Of a stretch of 64,000 nucleotides of DNA, positions 56,958-64,000 are shown piece by piece; the first letter of the stretch is position 1, and each line of letters starts with the position of its first letter. Source of the DNA: Planctomycetota bacterium (GTDB lineage: Bacteria; Planctomycetota; B15-G4; JADJEK01); the NCBI GenBank assembly GCA_044225365.1, contig JBGAIQ010000012.1:32001-96000 (forward strand), in the 5' to 3' direction. The translations under genes and the position numbers were made by a program. The notes under the pieces were generated by a model. It saw only the letters and a program-made list of their open reading frames with translations, searched no databases and was not told the DNA's origin.

Positions 56958-56981
56958 GGGCGCACAGCCGTGCGCCCCTAC
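56958..56981 (-). repeat. GTAG-family REP element
   Basis: Exact reverse complement of 11656-11679; its TAG is the stop codon of 56978..58660. Confidence 0.88.
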
Positions 56982-58660
56982 AGTTCGATCACAATATTGG
57001 AGCGGCCGGCCTCGACGCCCTTCACGACTTGGATATCGAACTTCCGGCCCGCGCGTTTGTCGTCTTCACTAGGATATGGATAAACGGTCAGCGTATAAGG
57101 TCCTGGTAATAAGGCCGACGCGACGAAGCGGCCCATGCCATCGCACTCGGCGTCGCCACTCGCGGATTGCCCACTCTCCGGGTCGACGCTCACGAAACAC
57201 TTGGGCGGCGTTCCGCCGTCCTTCGCCTTCACGACGCCGGAGATCGAGAGGCCTACGGGTACGACGAGTCTTGCTTCTTCTGTCCGCGATCCTTCGGAAA
57301 CGACCGCCTTCGACGCCGCGGTCTCGTGGGTTCCGGGGATCATCGCGTGGATGCCGTATTCCCCCGGCGCGATGTCATCGTACGTCGCGACACCGAGTGG
57401 ATCCGAGAACGCGCTCTCTTCCGCGACATACAAGTCGAGATAGGGATCCGTGACTTCCCGAGGAAGGAAACGGCTTCGATCGCGATTCGAGCCGGTCACG
57501 AAGACTTTGAGGTCGGGGCGAGGCGCGCCGTGCTCGTCGACCACGGCGACGCGAAGCGTCGATCCCGCACGCAGCGACAGGATCCCGAAGTCGACGGCCT
57601 GTTGCTGCGACGCATCGGCGGGGAAGTCGAAGCGCAGGGTCGCGAAACCCTTCGAGCGAAGGATCAGCACGTGCCGCGTGTCGGGACGAAGACCGGTCAA
57701 CTCGAAAGCGCCGTTCTCGTCGGTACGACTCTCCTTCGCATCGATCACGACCGTGGCGTTCGATTGCGCCGAGATGCCGATCGCCCGCACGCGGACATCC
57801 TTCGCGCCCCTTCCCAGGGCGTCGACCACGACGCCGCGAGCGATCTGTTCAGCGGGCAGTTCGAAGACGACGTCCGTTCTGAGGTCATGGGACGGGAACT
57901 CACGAATTGCCTGTTCGATCGTGGCATGACCCTTCGCGCTGGCCCGGAGCGAGTACGCATGGCGCAAGAAGGCGTCGACGACGAAGTGGCCGGCCGCATC
58001 GGTGCGTACGGTCGTCCTCCCCGGGATCCCAACCTCGGCATCGGGCAGCGGTGATTTCGAAACGGCGTCGATCACGAAGCCCGATACCGAATCCGCGGGC
58101 GTCGCCGCGATGGCCTCGACGACATGGCTTCCGTCCTGCAGATCGATCTCGATCGGCCTCTCGATGCTGTAGCGATCGTGTCGCAGCTCGAGTTCGACGT
58201 GGCCCGCGACGAGCGAGTCGAAGCGGAAGGAACCCGTCGAATCGGTCGTCGTGCGGGCCGGGCTTCCTTTCCATCGTGTCGATCGCGGGAGCTCATCGTC
58301 TCCTCTCGACACGATCAACGTCGCACCCTCGATCGGGAGGTCGGTCGCGGCATCGCGGACGCGACCTTCGATCGTCGCGGAGCCGGCGAGGCTCGAGGAC
58401 CCGGGGAATTCAGGAACGCTACTCGATGACGCCCTCGATGCTCCCGCATCCGACAGCGGCGAAGAGGACGCAGGATCGCGTTGCGGCGAAGTCTCGATCC
58501 TCGGAGCGAGCGGCCGATCGGGCACCGGCGAGTTCGGCGTGTTCGCACCTGAAATCGAAGTGACCGCGCGGGATGTCCACAGCGCGCGCCCAACGACGGC
58601 CGCGACGGCGGAGAGTCCAAGGAAGGCGAGCGTGAGAACGAGGCGGCGAGTCGAATTCAT
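56978..58660 (-). CDS. Carboxypeptidase-regulatory-like (Cna-B-type) repeat protein, membrane anchored
   Basis: N-terminal TM and P/S-rich linker; repeated G.V.D..T..P..GA.V...TD..G.F modules. Confidence 0.85.
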   Translation of the reverse strand: MNSTRRLVLTLAFLGLSAVAAVVGRALWTSRAVTSISGANTPNSPVPDRPLAPRIETSPQRDPASSSPLSDAGASRASSSSVPEFPGSSSLAGSATIEGRVRDAATDLPIEGATLIVSRGDDELPRSTRWKGSPARTTTDSTGSFRFDSLVAGHVELELRHDRYSIERPIEIDLQDGSHVVEAIAATPADSVSGFVIDAVSKSPLPDAEVGIPGRTTVRTDAAGHFVVDAFLRHAYSLRASAKGHATIEQAIREFPSHDLRTDVVFELPAEQIARGVVVDALGRGAKDVRVRAIGISAQSNATVVIDAKESRTDENGAFELTGLRPDTRHVLILRSKGFATLRFDFPADASQQQAVDFGILSLRAGSTLRVAVVDEHGAPRPDLKVFVTGSNRDRSRFLPREVTDPYLDLYVAEESAFSDPLGVATYDDIAPGEYGIHAMIPGTHETAASKAVVSEGSRTEEARLVVPVGLSISGVVKAKDGGTPPKCFVSVDPESGQSASGDAECDGMGRFVASALLPGPYTLTVYPYPSEDDKRAGRKFDIQVVKGVEAGRSNIVIEL

Positions 58661-58758
58661 GGTCGAGACGGCCGATCGGGGCAACCGGTGCAATCGGGAG
58701 TTCCGCACTCACGAAGAGACTTCACGCGTCGCCGTTGTTAGCAGCTCGACCCCTTTTC

Positions 58759-61167
58759 TCAGTGAGTCGTGAACCGAAGGATGGAGAGCGAGCGAGCGGG
58801 GAACTCGTGCGAGAAGCGCGGCGATTCGACGGCGATCGACGTCGTTCGCGGCACGATCCTCGTCGGGTGAGAGAGCGAGTTCTCGTCGAGGAGATTGTCG
58901 GAGGTCAGCACCGTCAGCGAGGCGGACTTGCCGATCATCGCCCATCCGTCGAGTGCGAGCATCGCGCTGACGGGCGCCTCGCCGCCATTCACGACCTTCA
59001 CGATCACGTCGCCCGAGCCCGTTACGATGCCGGCAACCGCGGCAAAGGTTGCGAGCGCCTCTTCCTCGGCTTCCTGAACCAACTTCCCGTCGAGATAACA
59101 GCGGATCCTCCTGCCCGAGAGCTCGATCTTCACGTCGTACCAGCGCCCTGTCTCCACGCTCCCCCCGACGCCGTGGCCGACGCCCGATTTCATGCCGGAG
59201 ACCGATTTCTCGATCGCATGGGTGTGATTACCCCAGCCGCCGACGTTCCACCAACACCAGTTCGCGTCGTCCTTCGCGCGAAACAGGATCAGGAATCCCT
59301 CGGCACCGTCGAGTTTCCGAGCCTTCATCGTGAGGGTGTAATCGCTCGCGTCGCGAAGAGCGGGGAGATCGAGGATCGAGTAGATGTCGTCGCCGGTTTG
59401 GCTCTGCCGCAGTGCGCCGTCGGCCACCTTCCACTCGCCCCCGTGGGGCTTCCAGTCCGCGAACCCGTTCTCGGATCCCGAGCGGTAGATCGTGGAGCCA
59501 TCGACCTCGACGGCGATGTCCTTGAATTCCGCTTTCGTCAGCCAGGTTCCCACACCGATGCTTCCCTTGGAGATCGACGTGTTCTCGATCACGGGGACAT
59601 CGCACGGGAGCAGGGTGTCGGGACGGTTCTTCGCGAAGAGAGCCTGGACGTGATACGACGGCGTCCCGTAGGAATGCACACCGTCGAAGACCATCATGTC
59701 CGGGTTCCACTTGCGATCTTCGGCGCGGACGAACATGGGCGCATACGACGCCATCGTGACGACGTCGCTATTTCGCTCGAGACCGGTCATGAACGCGGCC
59801 TCGGCGAGTGCGGCCGCGAGATTGCCGTTCCCGCAGCCTTGCGTGACCGCATATTCTCCGACGTAGATCTTCGGACCCTTCCGGTCCGCGCGATCGTACA
59901 GGCCGACATTCGCCCAGAACCACGCGGGTGAATTGTAATAATGATCGTCGACCATCTCCATCGGTGCGTCGACTCGCGTGTCGGCGATGGTGACGATGTC
60001 GGGGAACTTCCCCTTGATCGCGTCGAAGAACCTTTTGTAGCGAGGAGTGTAGACGTCCCGCGTACCTCCGAATCCCGACCACAGTCCGTTCTCGTTGCCG
60101 ATCTCGATGTATTTCAAGCGAAACGGCTCAGGATGACCATTGCGTACGCGCACGGCTCCCCACTTCGTGTCGGAACCGCCGTTCGCGTACTCGATGGCCG
60201 CCAGGCAATCATCGATCCAGGGCTGGAGCTCGTCGAGGGGAGTGATGTCCTTGTGGGAGAGTCCGCAATTGACGACGAAGAGGGGTTCGGCGTTCAGATC
60301 TTCGCAGGCCTGCAGATACTCGTGGTATCCAAGGCCGTCGCTCGACCAGTAATTCCACGTCGCGTTCGCGTGTCCGGGCCGCGTCGCGATGTCGCCGATC
60401 GACTTCTCCCAACGAAAAGCGTCCTTCAAAAAGTCTCCGCCTTCGACGTAGCAGCCACCAGGAAAGCGGACGAATGCCGGTGCGAGGTCCGCGAACAACT
60501 CGCCGAGGTCGCGCCGGAATCCGTTCCTCCTGCCCTTCCACGTCGTCTCGGGCGAAAGGGAGACGAGATCCAGCTGCACTTTCCCTTTGCCCGTGAATCG
60601 AAGCTCGAGCTGGGCATTCGCATCGTCGACGTTCGCCGTGATCCGACCCTCGAACGTCTTCCACTCGCGCGTCAGTCCGTCGAATCGGAGAGCGCCGTGC
60701 TTCCCTCCGTTACGATCGGCGAGCACGACGGAGAATTCGGGATCGGCACCTTCGACGAGTTTCGCGTCGACGCGAACGAGATAGACGTCGTCCTCGATCA
60801 GCGGAACGCCCCAAAATCCGCGGTTGAAGATGCGAGCTTCGCCGTCGATCGCGACGACGAGCGAGTGCGGCGCGGATCCGTACGCGGGATTCCGATCATC
60901 GAGTGCGAGGACCGTTCCGGCCGTCGACGCACCCCATCCGGGGGCCATCCCGTCGACCGCCGGCTCTTCGAACGATCGATTGCGAACCAGTTCGGCGAGC
61001 AGACCGCCGTCGCCCGCGTGGTTGATCTCCTCGAAGAAGGCTCCATACAGCCGCGGGCTGATGGAATGCGAGGGCTCGCCACCGTGCACTCGGAGTATCG
61101 GCGGCTCGCCGACAGCGATCGACGACAGTGCGACGGGGAGGGCCAAGAGGGCGGGCATACGGACCAT
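58759..61167 (-). CDS. Alpha-L-arabinofuranosidase (GH51) with inserted lectin-like domain
   Basis: GGAGG RBS before ATG 61167; LYGAFFEEINHAGDGG, RFPGGC, IEIGNEN, IYVGEYA, ERNSDVV, ASYAP, C-terminal FPARSLSIL. Confidence 0.93.
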   Translation of the reverse strand: MVRMPALLALPVALSSIAVGEPPILRVHGGEPSHSISPRLYGAFFEEINHAGDGGLLAELVRNRSFEEPAVDGMAPGWGASTAGTVLALDDRNPAYGSAPHSLVVAIDGEARIFNRGFWGVPLIEDDVYLVRVDAKLVEGADPEFSVVLADRNGGKHGALRFDGLTREWKTFEGRITANVDDANAQLELRFTGKGKVQLDLVSLSPETTWKGRRNGFRRDLGELFADLAPAFVRFPGGCYVEGGDFLKDAFRWEKSIGDIATRPGHANATWNYWSSDGLGYHEYLQACEDLNAEPLFVVNCGLSHKDITPLDELQPWIDDCLAAIEYANGGSDTKWGAVRVRNGHPEPFRLKYIEIGNENGLWSGFGGTRDVYTPRYKRFFDAIKGKFPDIVTIADTRVDAPMEMVDDHYYNSPAWFWANVGLYDRADRKGPKIYVGEYAVTQGCGNGNLAAALAEAAFMTGLERNSDVVTMASYAPMFVRAEDRKWNPDMMVFDGVHSYGTPSYHVQALFAKNRPDTLLPCDVPVIENTSISKGSIGVGTWLTKAEFKDIAVEVDGSTIYRSGSENGFADWKPHGGEWKVADGALRQSQTGDDIYSILDLPALRDASDYTLTMKARKLDGAEGFLILFRAKDDANWCWWNVGGWGNHTHAIEKSVSGMKSGVGHGVGGSVETGRWYDVKIELSGRRIRCYLDGKLVQEAEEEALATFAAVAGIVTGSGDVIVKVVNGGEAPVSAMLALDGWAMIGKSASLTVLTSDNLLDENSLSHPTRIVPRTTSIAVESPRFSHEFPARSLSILRFTTH

Positions 61168-61283
61168 CGAGTCCTCCATTCGGTCGCGACGCGGAGCCGT
61201 GAGAGCGCGACGAGGATACGCTTCCTCTCGCGAACCCGCCGCCATCCTTCGTCGTGGATCGCGACGCGACCGATCGGTTGGGA

Positions 61284-64000
61284 TCAGAACCCGATGTTCA
61301 TCGTTTCGTCGTGGCCCGCCGCGATCGTCACGTTCTTCACGATCTCCGGATCGTCGCCGAGTTTCACGCGAACGCGATAGTCGCCCGCCGGCAGGTCGAA
61401 CCACTCCTGCGTCGGCGCCGTGAGACTCTCGTTGACGGCGAAAGGGACACCCTTCGTGTCCTCGACGACGAGACGGCATCGTGAAGCGAAAGCGATCTGA
61501 TCCGGAGTGGCGGGCTTCTTCATCCACGACACGGGAGGAAGCCGCGGATCGGTCAGTTCGAAGATCAGGCTACCGCCGAGGATCGCTTCGATATCGAAGA
61601 TCGCGTCCTTCTGTCCGGACCCGATCACGAGGATTCGGTCGGCGGCGACGGTATAGGATTTCATTCCCTGGTAGCGAATGGAGAACCGGATGAAGGGACG
61701 CCAGCGACCCGGTGCGAGGCCTGCAACCTCGTAACGTCCGTCGACGACTTTCGTCATCTCCGTCGATTCTCCCTTCTCCGAGCGGAATTGGATCATTGCG
61801 CCCGTGAAGTTCGCTCCCTGCGGTGCGACGACGCGGCCGCGCGCGACGACGCCCACCTCGAACGCGAGCACGATGGGTGGCGCATTGTGATCCTTGGGGA
61901 TCTCGACGTGCTCGAGGTCGATGCCGCGATGACCCGGGGCGCGAGCGCGAACGCGGTAGACTCCCGGCTCGAGCCCTACGATGCGAAAGCGTCCGGGTGC
62001 ATAGCGTTCGACCGGCCGCCACAAACCGTTTTGTATGAAGTCGACGTTGAATTCGAAGAGCGGCGCGCCGGTACTTGCGTCGCTCGCGGTCCCCTCGATA
62101 ACGCGATCCTTGCTGCGAGGGCCGGGAAGCGGAAGCACGAGTTCGATCGCGACGCTCGATGGAACGATCGAGGTCGCGGCCACGGTGACGAACTCGTTCG
62201 CACCCGAGCGCTCGTCGAATCCCTCGCCGCCGGCGACGATGCTCGATCCCGACGCGGGAAGCGCGCGCAACGTGAATCTTCCGAGACTGTCTGCGCGAGT
62301 CGAATCGAACTCGTACAGTGCGGGGAACTGCGACGCTCTGCGAAGCTCCATCAATGCGTCGAGGTCGACGAACGCCGCGCCGATCGGAGTCTCCGGGGCG
62401 AGGGCGCGCACCTTCGCATACGCTGCGGGCGACCCATCGATGAATCGAACGACGCCGTGCAGCACTTCCGCACGCTCGAGGACGACTGTCCGTTCGGACT
62501 CTGCGGGTGCGTCGGGCGCCACGTCGAACGGGCCGATGTCTTGCGTCACGAATCCTTCGGCGAGGACGCGAATCGCGTCGACGTGAACGGGCTTGGCGTC
62601 GTCTTGTTCGACGCGCATCGCGAGAACGATCCTTCCATCGCGGTCGGCGGCTCTCGCATAGGCCTTCTCCGCCACTGACGCAGCCCGGGCGTGCTCGATG
62701 GGTTTGCCCTCTCGATCGACGACTCGCAGTAGGATCGCGGAATCCGCGTCGAGCACCAGATCGGGGGCCGTCACGGACTTTCCCGGGACGACGACGACAT
62801 CGACCGTGGCTTCACGATAGGAATAAGGCCGCTGCGTGAACAACTTGATCGCGGGACTCTCCTTGTCGCCGTCCGCTCGTTTTGCGGGGACCGAATGGAG
62901 TCGATAGGAACCGTCTTCGCCGGTGTGCGCGACTTCGACATACCCGGGCGGCGATTCCGCCCAGTGCCAATCATAGGGAGCTGCGAAATTATAATTGGCC
63001 GCGACGAGAGCCCCGACGACCGGCTTGCCCATCGAATCGACGACCCGACCCTCGACCGATGCGACGCCCGATAGTTCGAGCTTCACCTTCTTCGTCTCAC
63101 CTCGCGCCGGCAGGACGATCATGGAGGCGTCACGCCCGTAGTTCGGACCGAGCGTCGCGATCACGTACCCGGAGATCGCGCCCGCCGTGGTGAACGTGTT
63201 CGCCGGGACTTCGTGGAATCCGAGTGAGGGGATTCCGGTGATCGTGAACTCGCCCTTCTCGTCGCTCTTCGTCGCTCCGAAGCGCTCGCCGCGCCATGGC
63301 GCGACTCGGGGCCGTTCGAAGGGTCTCTCCACGAGATCGGCTCCGAGCGACGATTCGAACCAGACGTCCGCGCCGGCGATCGGCTTGCCCGTTCCGGCGT
63401 CGACGACGACGCCGATCACCGAAGCGCCGTGATGGACCACGAGCGTGAGGTCGACGTTCGCGCCGCTGTCGTCCTGCTTCATTTCGTAGAGCAGCGGTGC
63501 GTATCCAGTCGCCTCGACCTGGAGCATGCCGAGTTCGCCGCGACGATTCTCGCCGGCCTCGAGTTGCGCGGGGAAACCGAGGAGAGCGAACCTACCGGCT
63601 GCGTCGCTGGTCGCTTCGAGATCGATCGTCGACCGGCCGAGGACGCCGAACCAATGGATCGACGCGCTCGCGACCGGCTTGCCGAGTTCGTCGACGACGA
63701 GGCCCTCCACCTGTCGCGGACGATCGAGGCGAAGCGTGAGGACGTCGCCCGGCTTTACCGGACTCTCGTCGAGCAACGCGTAGCCGGTCTTCTTGGCGAG
63801 GATCGCGTAGTCGCTCGCTTCGAGGCTGCCCGTGAACGCGAACGAGCCGTCCGTTCCCGATCGCGCGATACCGGCCTCGCGCGCATGCGCGAGCCCGCCC
63901 CGCGAGCCGAACGAGTCGTCGTCGCTCACGAGTTTCAGCTCTACGTCGGCGACGGGGTTGTCGCGCGGATCGACGACTCGCCCCCGGATCGTTCGGGAGG
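61284..64000 (-). CDS. Large carboxypeptidase-regulatory-like repeat protein, 5' end truncated by window edge
   Basis: Frame open to the window end (SRTIRGRVVDPRDNPVADV); repeated GRVVD..GKP..GA.V modules. Confidence 0.85.
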   Translation of the reverse strand, partial: SRTIRGRVVDPRDNPVADVELKLVSDDDSFGSRGGLAHAREAGIARSGTDGSFAFTGSLEASDYAILAKKTGYALLDESPVKPGDVLTLRLDRPRQVEGLVVDELGKPVASASIHWFGVLGRSTIDLEATSDAAGRFALLGFPAQLEAGENRRGELGMLQVEATGYAPLLYEMKQDDSGANVDLTLVVHHGASVIGVVVDAGTGKPIAGADVWFESSLGADLVERPFERPRVAPWRGERFGATKSDEKGEFTITGIPSLGFHEVPANTFTTAGAISGYVIATLGPNYGRDASMIVLPARGETKKVKLELSGVASVEGRVVDSMGKPVVGALVAANYNFAAPYDWHWAESPPGYVEVAHTGEDGSYRLHSVPAKRADGDKESPAIKLFTQRPYSYREATVDVVVVPGKSVTAPDLVLDADSAILLRVVDREGKPIEHARAASVAEKAYARAADRDGRIVLAMRVEQDDAKPVHVDAIRVLAEGFVTQDIGPFDVAPDAPAESERTVVLERAEVLHGVVRFIDGSPAAYAKVRALAPETPIGAAFVDLDALMELRRASQFPALYEFDSTRADSLGRFTLRALPASGSSIVAGGEGFDERSGANEFVTVAATSIVPSSVAIELVLPLPGPRSKDRVIEGTASDASTGAPLFEFNVDFIQNGLWRPVERYAPGRFRIVGLEPGVYRVRARAPGHRGIDLEHVEIPKDHNAPPIVLAFEVGVVARGRVVAPQGANFTGAMIQFRSEKGESTEMTKVVDGRYEVAGLAPGRWRPFIRFSIRYQGMKSYTVAADRILVIGSGQKDAIFDIEAILGGSLIFELTDPRLPPVSWMKKPATPDQIAFASRCRLVVEDTKGVPFAVNESLTAPTQEWFDLPAGDYRVRVKLGDDPEIVKNVTIAAGHDETMNIGF

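Overview
High-GC bacterial chromosomal window with about 50 CDS. I found no rRNA, tRNA, CRISPR array or transposase. The gene content (FG-GAP/VCBS propellers, carboxypeptidase-regulatory-like repeat proteins, DUF2911, degenerate sulfatase) suggests a Planctomycetota-like organism; this is inference only. Housekeeping genes (leuS, hemD, nadE, xth, arsC, HDAC, macrodomain) are interspersed with many secreted proteins. Two systems stand out. (1) A ~19 kb atypical Tad/Flp pilus locus (36.6-55.7 kb) in three transcription blocks. It has a GspD/PilQ-style secretin, a TPR lipoprotein, two CpaF/TadA ATPases (one FHA-fused), two Flp pilins, a prepilin peptidase, three pseudopilins, TadB/TadC/CpaB, a membrane FHA protein and a membrane Ser/Thr kinase with an unusual repeated helical-hairpin ectodomain. 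It looks like a phosphorylation-controlled Tad machine reminiscent of the predatory Kil system. (2) A conserved ~120-aa C-terminal domain appended to otherwise unrelated secreted proteins (a small Cys-containing protein, an M23 peptidase, two FG-GAP propellers, and a divergent version on a GH9 enzyme). It is a candidate secretion or sorting signal and is homogenised at DNA level between two paralogues. Two families of REP-like palindromes are also present; the GTAG family supplies the stop codons of three genes. All assignments come from motifs read by eye; no database searches were run.
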